Counted from the first letter of the stretch, positions 1-9,581 are shown. The stretch: 37,323 bases of DNA from Desulfobulbaceae bacterium UBA2213 (GCA_002327225.1 DCUN01000086.1:1-37323), one strand, 5' to 3'. The notes: generated from the letters alone by a model not told the origin. Program-made: numbers and translations.

Positions 1-334
1 AGGCAAAATCATAATAAAAACCATCCTCAATGGATGGCCCGATGGCAACCTTGACATCAGGCCCGAAGAGATCACGGACCGCCTGGGCCATAACATGGGC
101 AGCGCTGTGACGTAATATCTCGAGCCCTGCCTCGGTATCAATCTGGATGGGACTGATAACGGCATCTTTCACCAGGAGGGTAGCGAGATCCACACTTTGA
201 CCATCTACAACAGCAGCAAGCGTAAGCTTGCGCTGCTTGTTGGACAAGAGGTGAGTAAAGGCCTCGAGCACCGAAGTGGAGGCCGGCAACTGGATAGTCT
301 CACCGCCCTGTAAAGTAACCTGAATATCTGTCAT
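1..334 (-). CDS. thrS: threonine--tRNA ligase, N-terminal fragment (continues beyond window start)
   Basis: Own translation of the minus strand from ATG at 332-334 gives [26 protein letters not shown]...[44 protein letters not shown]. The TGS-type start and the GLEI.RHS.AH...AIGP.I..GFYYD block match ThrRS N-termini such as E. coli ThrS. It is absent from the ORF track because the window edge truncates it. Confidence 0.85.
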   Translation of the reverse strand, partial: MTDIQVTLQGGETIQLPASTSVLEAFTHLLSNKQRKLTLAAVVDGQSVDLATLLVKDAVISPIQIDTEAGLEILRHSAAHVMAQAVRDLFGPDVKVAIGPSIEDGFYYDFA

Positions 335-535
335 CTGGAGTATCTGTATAGAGGACCGGCAATTAAGCCGTCGTTCTTAAAAAGCCATAGTAGTGAAAGA
401 CATTGTTCAGCAGCAAGAGCTGTAATGAAATGATCCCGAAAAGAAAATTTCTTTTGTTTTTGTAACAGCTCCTAAAAATAAAGGCCAAAGAGGAAACGAA
501 AAAAAAGTACGTCCGTTTTTCTTCAGCCTTATTTC

Positions 536-610
536 TGGTAGGCGCGGGCGGTTTCGAACCGCCGACTTCTACCATGTCAAGGTAGCGCTCTCCCCCTGAG
601 CTACGCGCCT
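536..610 (-). tRNA. tRNA-Val (anticodon GAC)
   Basis: Minus strand reads AGGCGCGTAGCTCAGGGGGAGAGCGCTACCTTGACATGGTAGAAGTCGGCGGTTCGAAACCGCCCGCGCCTACCA. It folds as a cloverleaf: 7-bp acceptor stem AGGCGCG/CGCGCCT, D stem GCTC/GAGC, anticodon stem CTACC/GGTAG with loop TTGACAT (anticodon GAC), T stem GGCGG/CCGCC with a TTCGAAA loop, and an encoded CCA. Confidence 0.9.
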
Positions 611-740
611 ATTGAAAACAATGCCACCTTCTTCCTGTATTTAAAATACTACCAGGAATACTGGAAACCTCTTCAAATACCAGTAAACGTGCCACCTGTC
701 AAGAAAAAATAGAGACTCCCCCTCTTGCTTTCCGCAAGGA

Positions 741-1343
741 TCAGTCAGCATTTGTCCTGGTTTCAATAGCCCTGGCCAGGGTATGTCGATCGGCATATTT
801 TATGTCCATTCCCATAGGGATACCGCAGGCCAGGCGGGTCAGGGCAATACCTTTATGATGCAGCAGATCAATAAGAAATGACGCTGTGGCCTCACCAGGC
901 ACCGTGGAACTGGTGGCAACAAGAACCTCCCGGACAGCTCCGCTTCTCACTTTTGCCATCAGCGCCTCAACCTTGATCTCTCCCGGACCGATCCCGTCCA
1001 TAGGGGAGAGGACACCGTGCAGGATATGATAGTGGCCGTGAAAGCTGCCGGTCTTTTCTATGGCGAGCAGATCTCCAGGCTGCTCCACGACGCAGACCAG
1101 AGCCCCGTCTCTTCGTGGATCAGCACAGATAGCGCAAGGGTCGTCTTCAGAAAAGGTAAAACAACAGGAACAGAGCTGAATGGAATCGTGCAAGACTGAC
1201 AAGGCGGAGGCCAGTTCGCATGCCTCCGCCCGGGGACGACGAAGAATATTCATGGCCAGTCGAGCCGCCGTTTTATTGCCGATTCCAGGCAAACGGCTCA
1301 GATCCCGAATCAGGCGGTCAAGGGCTGGAGGAACGATCTGCAC
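741..1343 (-). CDS. recR: recombination protein RecR
   Basis: 200-aa ORF. It has the N-terminal LPGIGNKTAARLA helix-hairpin-helix, the C4 zinc finger CSCC...CAICAD, and the Toprim block VCVVEQPGDLLAIEKTG. It sits in the conserved dnaX-ybaB-recR order. Confidence 0.95.
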   Translation of the reverse strand: MQIVPPALDRLIRDLSRLPGIGNKTAARLAMNILRRPRAEACELASALSVLHDSIQLCSCCFTFSEDDPCAICADPRRDGALVCVVEQPGDLLAIEKTGSFHGHYHILHGVLSPMDGIGPGEIKVEALMAKVRSGAVREVLVATSSTVPGEATASFLIDLLHHKGIALTRLACGIPMGMDIKYADRHTLARAIETRTNAD

Positions 1344-1357
1344 AACCAGGACCCCTT

Positions 1358-1678
1358 CTAACTCAACATGGAAGAGAGACCAGGGAGGTTAAAACCACCG
1401 GTCAGCTTACCCATTTCAGCCTTACCCATCTCTCTTGCCTTGCGCAGGGCATCATTGGTAGCGGCAACGATCAGATCCTGAAGCATGTCAGCTTCACTTT
1501 CCACAATAACGGCCCGCTCAATGACAATGGACAGCACCTCGCTTTTGCCATTAACCGTGACAGTAACCATGCCGCCACCGGCACTGCCGATAACCTTCTT
1601 CCGGGCAAGTTCTTCCTGGACCCTGGCCATGTTCTGCTGAAACTGCTGGGCCTGCTGCATAATACTGTTCATGTCCAT
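1358..1678 (-). CDS. ybaB: nucleoid-associated protein YbaB/EbfC
   Basis: MDMNSIMQQAQQFQQNMARVQEEL...GGGMVTVTVNG... is typical of the roughly 105-aa YbaB family. I chose the ATG at 1678, which has a GAGGAG Shine-Dalgarno about 9 nt upstream, rather than the track start at 1720. The gene lies between dnaX and recR. Confidence 0.9.
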   Translation of the reverse strand: MDMNSIMQQAQQFQQNMARVQEELARKKVIGSAGGGMVTVTVNGKSEVLSIVIERAVIVESEADMLQDLIVAATNDALRKAREMGKAEMGKLTGGFNLPGLSSMLS

Positions 1679-1775
1679 TGACTCATACTCCTCACTGAAG
1701 TTCTTGATCCTTTTAAGCAAGCGGATATCGGCTTACAATTCGCCGTCCAAAACAGCATTTTCGCACGACATCCTT

Positions 1776-3611
1776 TCACCTGAACCGTGGTCCCACTCGT
1801 ATATCCCCAATCCGGCCGTTAAATATCTCCGCTGCCATCTGCACCAAGGGATCATTAGCCAGGAGGTGCCGCTCTTTTAAAGGGCTTTCTTCCCCTTCCT
1901 GCACCGCCTCGCTGCCCTGTTCGGGAAGAACAAAACGTACTGTGAGCTCTTTTTGAAAGAAATCAAGGACAAACTCTGTGATCAATTTCCTGGTATCATC
2001 CTTCCGCAACAAAGTACAATTTGCCGATTCCTGATAATGGAGCAACAACTCGTGCCCCTGCTCTTTGGCGGAATCAGCCCGTTGCAGATCCTGGGCTATC
2101 CAGACAGATCGCTCACGCACATAGGCTATAAAGTCCATCCAGTCCCGGCGCACACTTCGCTGATGGGGCTCAAGTCGCGGAGCCGGGTTTTCATCCGGGC
2201 CGTTCTTTATCTCTGGTGAAGGCAAAGGCCTGTCAGCTTCCGAGACTCCCGCCGCCGAACCATTCTGCTCTATTGCATCCTGATCTGGTGGCGCGACTGG
2301 CAGTTCTGGAGCTGCAGCACTTTCAGCATGTTCTTCTTTCTCAACTATCTGTTTACAAATGACTTTTAGATCATCTACAGGAGGCAATGGCAGTTTTTTT
2401 TTTGGCACGGATGCAACAAGCTCACTTGTTACTCCTCTCCCTTCAGCCACCTGACCAATACTTTGCGTGGCCCCTTCGGTAAGCAGTGTATCCAACCGGG
2501 AGAGCAGAGTCGTGACCGGGATCACCTCACTGCTCTGGATGACCTTGAGAAAAGCAGTCTCCATGGCCAGTCGAGGCTGGCCGGAATAGCGCATCTCCTC
2601 AACACCCTGCATCAACAGGGTGAGTTTCATATGCAGTGTCTGGGTGGAATGATGGGCGGCCAGCTCCTGGAAGAGTGCCAGTTCGGATTGAGAAATATCC
2701 AGCAGCTCATCACAGCCCTTAATTTTACAGAGGATCAAGGCCCTGAAACAAGCGAGGAGATCGGCGGTAAATCGTTTCAGATCCATGCCGAAGGAAAAGG
2801 TTTCGTCCAGGGCCTGAAAGGCAGTTCCCGGATCCTGATCCAGTAAGGCCCTCGTCAAGCGGAGAACAACCTCCCTGTTGACCAGACCAAGCACCTGGAT
2901 GACATCATCCGTGCTGATGTTTTTTTCACCAAAGGAAAAGACCTGATCAAGAAGACTGAGTCCGTCCCGGACAGAACCATCTGCCTCCCGAACAATGAGA
3001 TCCAAAGCACCCTGCTCGATCTGCACACCTTCCGCCTCCGCCAAACGCTGCAGGTGACGGCCAAGATCAAGTGGCGCCACACGCTTCAGCTCATACCGCT
3101 GGCAGCGAGAGAGGATAGTGATCGGAATTTTGTGCAGTTCAGTGGTGGCAAACATGAAAAAGACATGGGGTGGCGGCTCTTCCAGGGTCTTAAGCAGGGC
3201 GTTGAAGGCCTCGGTGGTGAGCATGTGCACTTCATCGATAATGATAATTTTGTATTTCGACGAGGTGGGCAGAAAGCGGATTTTTTCCTTGAGCTCACGG
3301 ATTTCCTGGATACCTCTATTCGAGGCGCCGTCGATCTCGTAGAGGTCAAGGGAGGAACCAGCCGTGATAGCCTTGCAGGAGTCACAGCTATTACAGGGGT
3401 TTTGGGCCGGGCCATTTTCACAGTTGATGGCCTTGGCCATGATCCGGGCCAGGGTGGTCTTGCCTACCCCGCGGATGCCTGAAAAAAGGATGGCATGGGC
3501 TACCCTGTCGCGCAAAAGACTGTTCTGCAGGGTCTTGACCACAGGCCGCTGACCGACGACCTCGTCAAAGGTCTGGGGACGTGCTTTTCTGGCAAGGACC
3601 AAATAGGACAT
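1776..3611 (-). CDS. dnaX: DNA polymerase III subunit tau/gamma
   Basis: 611 aa. Clamp-loader AAA+ motifs are present: GIRGVGKTT (Walker A), IIIIDEVHML (Walker B), the SRC motif (ILSRCQRY), and a zinc module CNSCDSC. It contains an internal A10 run (see findings). Confidence 0.95.
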   Translation of the reverse strand: MSYLVLARKARPQTFDEVVGQRPVVKTLQNSLLRDRVAHAILFSGIRGVGKTTLARIMAKAINCENGPAQNPCNSCDSCKAITAGSSLDLYEIDGASNRGIQEIRELKEKIRFLPTSSKYKIIIIDEVHMLTTEAFNALLKTLEEPPPHVFFMFATTELHKIPITILSRCQRYELKRVAPLDLGRHLQRLAEAEGVQIEQGALDLIVREADGSVRDGLSLLDQVFSFGEKNISTDDVIQVLGLVNREVVLRLTRALLDQDPGTAFQALDETFSFGMDLKRFTADLLACFRALILCKIKGCDELLDISQSELALFQELAAHHSTQTLHMKLTLLMQGVEEMRYSGQPRLAMETAFLKVIQSSEVIPVTTLLSRLDTLLTEGATQSIGQVAEGRGVTSELVASVPKKKLPLPPVDDLKVICKQIVEKEEHAESAAAPELPVAPPDQDAIEQNGSAAGVSEADRPLPSPEIKNGPDENPAPRLEPHQRSVRRDWMDFIAYVRERSVWIAQDLQRADSAKEQGHELLLHYQESANCTLLRKDDTRKLITEFVLDFFQKELTVRFVLPEQGSEAVQEGEESPLKERHLLANDPLVQMAAEIFNGRIGDIRVGPRFR

Positions 3612-3739
3612 GTGGATTCTTCAGGAGGATGGCAGGATTAGTGTATCGAAATGGCAGTGGATCCGGATAAGGCGGACAAATAACAGAGGAAGGATCCTCT
3701 CAGAAAACAGGGATATTTTTCCTCTGTCACTAAAAAAAT

Positions 3740-3840
3740 GATAGCCGGGCACCCTGGGGCACACAAAGAGGGTCATTACCGTTGCTCCCTTCCGGACCTG
3801 GCGGAGTTCATGATTCTTTGTTGCACAGGACCCGGCTATC
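3740..3840 (-). ncRNA. ffs: signal recognition particle RNA (small 4.5S-type SRP RNA)
   Basis: Minus strand reads GATAGCCGGGTCCTGTGC...CCGCCAGGTCCGGAAGGGAGCAACGG...GGGTGCCCGGCTATC. This is a roughly 100-nt hairpin whose termini pair (GATAGCCGGG/CCCGGCTATC). The apical region carries the conserved SRP domain IV sequence CAGGUCCGGAAGG.AGCA with a GGAA tetraloop. It lies immediately upstream of dnaX, a common bacterial arrangement. Confidence 0.8.
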
Positions 3841-4022
3841 AAACCGAAATCTGGAATTGGACAGAAAAAAGGCAGGATCTACGACACGCATACCCCACTG
3901 CCCTATTTCTCAAAGAAATTTTATACCCCTTTCAAACCGTATCGTCAAGAAAATTAACAGAAAGTCAGACAGAAAAGAAGATGAGTAAAGGATACACAAC
4001 CCATATTTACGACTATTGACAA

Positions 4023-4436
4023 CTAAGCGCTACAGCCCACTTCCATTTCCTGCCTGCAATAATGGGTATAGACATTAAAAAGAACAAACCATTCCATCCT
4101 GGAGGTAAAATGAATAGCGGCCCCATGCTTATCCTGCCTGACCACTTCACCTTGAATATCGTCAAGAAGAAGACGACTATGATTGCCTGTGACTATTATC
4201 TCTACCGTACAGGATGTTCCCACCGGGATAATTTGATCAACCCGCACAAGCATGCCACTAATACTGATATTCAGGAGATCAGCCTTAACACCAGTACCAG
4301 TAGCTTCTGAACTCAAGGTAACATCTGTAAGGAAAGGGGTGCGGGTACACACCCTTCTTTCTTTTTCCCCGCCCATATTCTCAGTCCTCATTGATGGCAA
4401 GAATTCAAGAAACAGCTCCGACGCCTTAAAAGACAT
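4023..4436 (-). CDS. PilZ domain protein (putative c-di-GMP receptor), start uncertain
   Basis: PilZ signature: RRVCTR (RxxxR) followed about 25 aa later by LLNISISG (NxSxxG). The track start at 4475 is TTG. In-frame ATGs lie at 4436, 4391 and 4376; the one at 4376 has an AGGA about 9 nt upstream. Confidence 0.7.
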   Translation of the reverse strand: MSFKASELFLEFLPSMRTENMGGEKERRVCTRTPFLTDVTLSSEATGTGVKADLLNISISGMLVRVDQIIPVGTSCTVEIIVTGNHSRLLLDDIQGEVVRQDKHGAAIHFTSRMEWFVLFNVYTHYCRQEMEVGCSA

Positions 4437-4639
4437 AACGAACCTATTTTTTCTGATCTTTCTGATATGACCCAAACTGCTGCCGCACAGTTACAATCAA
4501 TATTATTTTTGATGAACGATTCGGCACTATAATATTCCTATCACCCATCTTGTCAAGCCTCTTTTCTGTTGACTTTAACCGCAGAGCAGCCATAGAATAT
4601 TCTTAGACATTGAAACAAAACTCTTCCCCCTGGCCAGCC

Positions 4640-5569
4640 ATGGAAAAAAAAATATTTATTGCTGTTGATGGCTCCATCTACTCCAGTCAGTCACTGGAAT
4701 ATACCGCCCTCCTCTTTGGAGATACACCCGAGATTCATTTCCACCTCATGACCTGTATCAGTTCGAGTGAGAGCATTATCCCTGTTGCAGCAGACAGCAG
4801 AAATTCTCTGTTCCCAGACGCCCCTGGAACTGGGGAAAAAAGGCTGACAGCCCAAGGCTTTCTCCAGAACGCGACAGACAAATTGATCCGCCTGCAGATC
4901 GCTCCCGAGCGGATACACTCAACGGTAGAGATGTCAGGCTATAATATTGGAGCCGCCATCCAGCGTCAGGCCGAACTCCTCCTGATGGACAGCATCCTGG
5001 TGGGTCGACGGGGACTCAACACTCTCAGCGAGATGCTGCTGGGATCAGTTTCAGCCACCCTGCTCAAAAGTTGCCACACGATCCCGCTGTGGATCATCGA
5101 TGGCGAAGTCTCAAACAGAAATTTCCTGGCACCGGTGGATGGCTCTCTCCCTTCCCTGCTGGCCATTGACCACCTGACCCACATCATGGAGGGACGAAAG
5201 GATATCACCATTTTTCTTTTCTACTGCCATCGTTTTCTGGGGAGAAAAAATGAAGCAAACCCCGAGTCCTTTTATCACATCTGGGGAAAAGAGTGGTGCG
5301 ACATCCATTTAACCGACGATGACCACCTCTTTCGCGGCCCGACTCAGCTGCTGATCGAGGCAGGCATCCCTGAGGGGAATATCATCATCCTGCCAGAGGT
5401 ATCAGATCTGGAATCGGCGCACGGCATTCTGCGCCAGGCCGACAAGCACCAGTGCGGAACCATTGTCATTGGCAGACGGGGAGACGGGACAGCCAAGGGA
5501 ATCCTGGGCGGCGTCTCTGATCGCACCCTGAAACGCGCTCAGAATCTCGCCCTCTGGGTGGTCGGATAA
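4640..5569 (+). CDS. tandem universal stress protein (two UspA domains)
   Basis: MEKKIFIAVDGS... and LVGRRGLNTLSEMLLGSVS in the first half, and IVIGRRGDGTAKGILGGVSD in the second half, are UspA ATP-binding-type motifs. I prefer the ATG at 4640 over the TTG at 4610. Confidence 0.8.
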   Translation: MEKKIFIAVDGSIYSSQSLEYTALLFGDTPEIHFHLMTCISSSESIIPVAADSRNSLFPDAPGTGEKRLTAQGFLQNATDKLIRLQIAPERIHSTVEMSGYNIGAAIQRQAELLLMDSILVGRRGLNTLSEMLLGSVSATLLKSCHTIPLWIIDGEVSNRNFLAPVDGSLPSLLAIDHLTHIMEGRKDITIFLFYCHRFLGRKNEANPESFYHIWGKEWCDIHLTDDDHLFRGPTQLLIEAGIPEGNIIILPEVSDLESAHGILRQADKHQCGTIVIGRRGDGTAKGILGGVSDRTLKRAQNLALWVVG

Positions 5570-5571
5570 GA

Positions 5572-5597
5572 GCTGAAAGCTCACGACACCTTTCAGC
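5572..5597. terminator. weak hairpin between convergent usp and M16 peptidase genes
   Basis: GCTGAAAG-N10-CTTTCAGC forms an 8-bp stem. There is no clear U-tract on either side. Confidence 0.3.
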
Positions 5598-5599
5598 AC

Positions 5600-8458
5600 T
5601 CACTTCTCATCCCCCTGTTTCGCTGGAACGACCATGACCATGGCAGCCTTGCCCGGGTCGAGATATTCCCGGGCGAGAGCAGTCAGCTGCTCCCTGGTCA
5701 CCGACTCAAACCCTGACAAAATCGTTGCCGGCCACTGGAGTTGCTGTGGATATCGTGACGACAGGACAAGTACCGAGTTCAGCCAGTAGCCATTAGTCCG
5801 TACCATATCCTTCAGGGAGGTGAGCATAGGCGCTTTGGCCCGCTCCAGCTCCTCCGCGCTCACCCCTGATTTCCATAAATCACCGGCTACCTGCACCACC
5901 TCACGACTCAGGAGATCAACCTGAGCCGGGGCCACAATCAACTGCGCCCGCAAGACACCATAACCGGGAAAAATCCTGCTGGGATGATTATAAACCTGAG
6001 GAGAATAGGTCGCCCCCAGTTTCTCCCGAATAACCTTGCGCAACCGGTCTGAAATAATCTCAGTCAACAGGTATAAACGCCTGGTCCTCTCTATATCCCA
6101 GAAATCCGCAGTGGGCCAGGCCACTACCAGCATGGCTTTATCAATGGATGACTCAACTGACAGCCGCAAGGTTTCACCTGCCGGAAATCGAAGCTGCTCT
6201 GCCTTCACCTCGCCCTGCCCTCTTTTGGCCAGCGGCGCAAGATATATCCTGGCCAGCTTACGCACCCGTTGCAGGTCAAAGTCACCAACCAGCGAGACCT
6301 CGAGCGCCCCGGACACAATGGCAGGATTTATCCAGGACCGTAGCTGATCCGGTTTCAGAGTGGAAAATTCCTGCCACGGGGGCAGGCCAAAGGCCTTATT
6401 GCCGCCTGCCAGAAAAGACTCCCCTGACACCTGCATGGCCCCGCTCACATCACCGGCCATCTGTCCATACATCTGTTCAAAGCCCTGCATGGCCATTGTG
6501 ACCACGTCCTCACGCACAACCGGGTCCGCAAACCGCGCCTGCAGCATCTGAAACAGGAGCTCAAGGTCTTTATTTACCGCCGAACCCTTCCAGGAAAAAC
6601 TTGCCTCACCTACCTTGAAATCCAGGTTGACTGTACTGCCAGCCAGAACCCGATCAATCTCCGATTTCGTCAGTTTCCCTGTCCCGGAATCGTTAACCAC
6701 CCGTTCCGCGAGCAAGGCAAGACCAGGACTGGGCTCTCCCTGCCTGCCATGACCGAAATCGGCCGAGAGCTGGACTTCATTGTCCTGAAACTTCGTCTGT
6801 TTCAGATTGATGACCACCCCGTTGGCAAAAACAATCCGCTCCCCCTCTATCTCGGGAAGAAGCTGTTCCCGGGCAGGACTCGTATCGGCGGCAAGATGCA
6901 GGTACGGAAAGATCAGATCAGTCCCGGCCTGCGGCGGGGTTACCTTTTGGGCTGCGGCCAATGCATAGCTCTCTTTGATCTGCAAGCGGGGATCCTTCGC
7001 CGGGAGAGCAGCATTGCCGACAACCTGAATCAGGCGCGCCTCGTGATTCCAGATCTTGTGCAAGGACTCATGGATTTCTTTCGCCTTCATCTCCGCAATC
7101 ACCGGAGACAACACGTTTTTTTCCTGCTGCGGGGACATCAAGACCTTATTACTATTCAGCTTACGTATCAAATGTGACGCCAGTTCATGACTATCACGGG
7201 TCGCTGCCGTAAGCGCTGCAGCCTCGAGCTCTGCCAGCATCTCTTTTTTAACCCGCTGAATTTCCTGCTCCGTAAAGCCATACTCCAGGGCCTGGCGCAG
7301 GAGCTGCTCAATCACCGCCAGGGCCGCCTGCCACTTTTCCGGATCTGTCTTGACACTGATCGTGCCGTACCCAATTCGCCCGAGAAATATACCGCTCTGC
7401 GCCTCACCTTTGGTAAAAGGGGTATCTTTCTTCTCCAAAAGCCGTTCCAACCGGTGCTGGACTATACGGCCAGCTGCCTCCTCATGAATCCTGCGCGACT
7501 GGAGGGCTTGGGAGTCATTGCCCTCCAGCTCATTCCACACGGTCTCAAGGGTAACCTCAGTAGCGCCCATTTCCGGCTCATGATGATAAAAAAACTCGTT
7601 GCCCGCATGGTCCACCTGACCCCACTCCGGACAAACAGGCGCTTGCCCTGCAGCACGAAGTGGCGCAAAACGTTCCTGAACCAAGGGCTCAACCTGTGCG
7701 GGATCAAAATCACCCACCATGAGCAGGATCATTTTTTCCGGCCGATACCAGGCCTCATAATAGGCCTTCATCAAGGCATGATCGGCAGTATTCAGAGTTT
7801 CAAGGACACCAATCGGCATACGCGCAGGGATCCTGGTCCCTCGAAGAGTAAAGGCCAGACCTGCCTCATGGCTTCGATAACCCGCTGAATCCCGGGCCCG
7901 TTTTTCCGAAAGAATAACCCCGCGCTCACGGTTGATTTCCGTTTCCGACAACAAGGCGCCACGACCATAATCGGACATGACCAGAAGTCCTTTTTTCAGC
8001 TCGTCGCGACTTCCCCCTGGTAACAGAATATGATACACCGTCTCATCAAAACCAGTATGGGCATTGGTGTCACCGCCAAAACTCATGCCAATGGATTGAA
8101 AATACTCCACCAAGGAACCCGGGGGGAAATGAGTCGACCCGTTAAAAACCATATGCTCAAGGAAATGAGCAATTCCGCGCTGTTCTTCCGTCTCATGCAG
8201 AGATCCAGCCTGAATATTGAGATAGACCCCCACCCTCCCCTTCGGCTCCTGATTTCTCAATAGAATATAGCGAAAACCATTATCCAGACGGCCAAAGACC
8301 AAGGCAGGATCGGGAGCAAGATCACTCTTTTCGTGGGGCCAGGCCGTGCTCAGACAGAGCTGCTCCCTGGAGCCATCTTCCGGCAACTCTCCAGAGAGTC
8401 CCACTTGAGAAAAAAATACAACAAGACATAAAAAGAACAACGCATTGATCCATTTCAT
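5600..8458 (-). CDS. secreted M16 (pitrilysin/insulinase) family zinc peptidase, double-length
   Basis: It has the inverted zinc motif HFLEH in GIAHFLEHMVFNGS and a signal-peptide-like start MKWINALFFLCLVVFF. I chose the ATG at 8458. The roughly 950-aa size fits two fused M16 halves. Confidence 0.85.
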   Translation of the reverse strand: MKWINALFFLCLVVFFSQVGLSGELPEDGSREQLCLSTAWPHEKSDLAPDPALVFGRLDNGFRYILLRNQEPKGRVGVYLNIQAGSLHETEEQRGIAHFLEHMVFNGSTHFPPGSLVEYFQSIGMSFGGDTNAHTGFDETVYHILLPGGSRDELKKGLLVMSDYGRGALLSETEINRERGVILSEKRARDSAGYRSHEAGLAFTLRGTRIPARMPIGVLETLNTADHALMKAYYEAWYRPEKMILLMVGDFDPAQVEPLVQERFAPLRAAGQAPVCPEWGQVDHAGNEFFYHHEPEMGATEVTLETVWNELEGNDSQALQSRRIHEEAAGRIVQHRLERLLEKKDTPFTKGEAQSGIFLGRIGYGTISVKTDPEKWQAALAVIEQLLRQALEYGFTEQEIQRVKKEMLAELEAAALTAATRDSHELASHLIRKLNSNKVLMSPQQEKNVLSPVIAEMKAKEIHESLHKIWNHEARLIQVVGNAALPAKDPRLQIKESYALAAAQKVTPPQAGTDLIFPYLHLAADTSPAREQLLPEIEGERIVFANGVVINLKQTKFQDNEVQLSADFGHGRQGEPSPGLALLAERVVNDSGTGKLTKSEIDRVLAGSTVNLDFKVGEASFSWKGSAVNKDLELLFQMLQARFADPVVREDVVTMAMQGFEQMYGQMAGDVSGAMQVSGESFLAGGNKAFGLPPWQEFSTLKPDQLRSWINPAIVSGALEVSLVGDFDLQRVRKLARIYLAPLAKRGQGEVKAEQLRFPAGETLRLSVESSIDKAMLVVAWPTADFWDIERTRRLYLLTEIISDRLRKVIREKLGATYSPQVYNHPSRIFPGYGVLRAQLIVAPAQVDLLSREVVQVAGDLWKSGVSAEELERAKAPMLTSLKDMVRTNGYWLNSVLVLSSRYPQQLQWPATILSGFESVTREQLTALAREYLDPGKAAMVMVVPAKQGDEK

Positions 8459-8654
8459 TATTGCCCCTTGCATAACAGATTCATGGAAGCTAGATATCAT
8501 TATCAGCTAAAAAAAGAGATTTTACTCTATATCCTGCCCGGTGAATTACAAGAAAAGATTTTTTTTTCAAAGCTCAGTATCCTTCAGGGCAGATCCCAAT
8601 CCTCACCCTTTACGCCGCTGCAGGACAACGGCCAGAGAATAAAGGAGACTCCCC

Positions 8655-9497
8655 ATGCAGTTACAAGGAAAAATCGCCCTGATCCCCGGCGCCTCAAGGG
8701 CAATAGGCAGGGCCATTGCCAGAAAACTGGCCTCGGAAGGAGTCAACCTGATTCTCCCCACCTTTGACTGGCCCGATTCAATCGAGGAAATGGAGGAGGA
8801 ATTCAGGGACTTGAACGTTGACGTCCTGACCATCCCGGTTGATTTGAGAGATCAGCAGCAGGTGCAGGAGATGATGGCCGCTGTCAATAAACGTTTTGGC
8901 GCCCTCCACATTCTTATCAACAATATTGAACGGGGAGGGATGCCTGTAGTCCATGGTTCCTACGACCATGCCCACAACCATGAGCAATGGAATCTGGAAA
9001 TCGACACCACACTCAAGGCCAAATGGTTGTTATTTCATCATTGCCTGCCTCTGATGAAACAGTCTGGAACCGGTGCTGTCGTTAACGTTTCATCCACCTC
9101 CGGTCTGAGCGGAAGAAGCGGGCCGGCCGCTCTTCTCTTTAATGATGCTTACAGCGCGGCGAACAGGGCCGTTTCATCTTTTACTGAAACCTGGGCCAGA
9201 GAGGCCGCACCAACAATACGGGTAAACGAGCTGATGCTCGGCCTGATCCAGCACCGACACGGAGAAGAGACCAGAGGATGGTCAGTTATGAAAGATGAAG
9301 AAAAACAGAAGCTGCTGGCTCATACCCTGCTGCAACGTACTGGAACTGTGGATGAAGTGGCTGACACCATACTGTTTCTGGTACGCGATGCCACCTTTAT
9401 AACCGGCAGCGTTCTGCGTATGGACGGGGGGTTTTGTTTAGGAGGAGAACAGGTTCCGGACATGCCGGAGGGAATCCTGACTCAAGAAAGGCGCTAA
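8655..9497 (+). CDS. short-chain dehydrogenase/reductase (SDR) family protein, atypical active-site motif
   Basis: Rossmann start KIALIPGASRAIGRAIARKLASEG, VNVSSTSG, and IRVNELMLG. An AAGGAGA Shine-Dalgarno precedes the ATG. The catalytic motif reads YSAAN instead of YxxxK (see findings). Confidence 0.85.
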   Translation: MQLQGKIALIPGASRAIGRAIARKLASEGVNLILPTFDWPDSIEEMEEEFRDLNVDVLTIPVDLRDQQQVQEMMAAVNKRFGALHILINNIERGGMPVVHGSYDHAHNHEQWNLEIDTTLKAKWLLFHHCLPLMKQSGTGAVVNVSSTSGLSGRSGPAALLFNDAYSAANRAVSSFTETWAREAAPTIRVNELMLGLIQHRHGEETRGWSVMKDEEKQKLLAHTLLQRTGTVDEVADTILFLVRDATFITGSVLRMDGGFCLGGEQVPDMPEGILTQERR

Positions 9498-9538
9498 CAA
9501 CAAAGGCCTGCTCGTTCCCAGAGCAGGCCTTTGTTGTT
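9497..9538. terminator. bidirectional stem-loop between SDR gene and lipoprotein gene
   Basis: Perfect 17-18-bp inverted repeat AACAACAAAGGCCTGCTC / GAGCAGGCCTTTGTTGTT with a 7-nt loop. It starts at the SDR stop codon. Confidence 0.6.
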
Positions 9539-9581
9539 CATACACCAGGGCAATGATCTCAAGCCGGAAGGATCAAAAAAA

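Noticed and set aside
364-376. The 13-nt exact repeat TAAGCCGTCGTTC occurs upstream of thrS (364-376) and again upstream of the FolE2-like gene (16926-16938). Both copies lie in 5' leaders on the minus strand.
   Set aside because: In about 37 kb, several exact 13-mer repeats are expected by chance; my rough estimate is on the order of ten pairs. There is no extended similarity around the two copies, so I do not treat it as a shared regulatory element.
363-575. A 70-aa minus-strand ORF. A similar case is the 73-aa ORF at 3621-3842.
   Set aside because: They overlap the tRNA-Val gene and the SRP RNA gene respectively. The RNA features explain the sequence conservation better than these low-complexity peptides.
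4644-4652. An A9 homopolymer at codons 2-5 of the USP gene (ATG GAA AAA AAA ATA). I considered it as a phase-variation tract.
   Set aside because: It encodes the common N-terminal MEKK motif. There is no supporting context such as a contingency locus or surface antigen. Unlike the dnaX run, it does not sit at a known recoding position.
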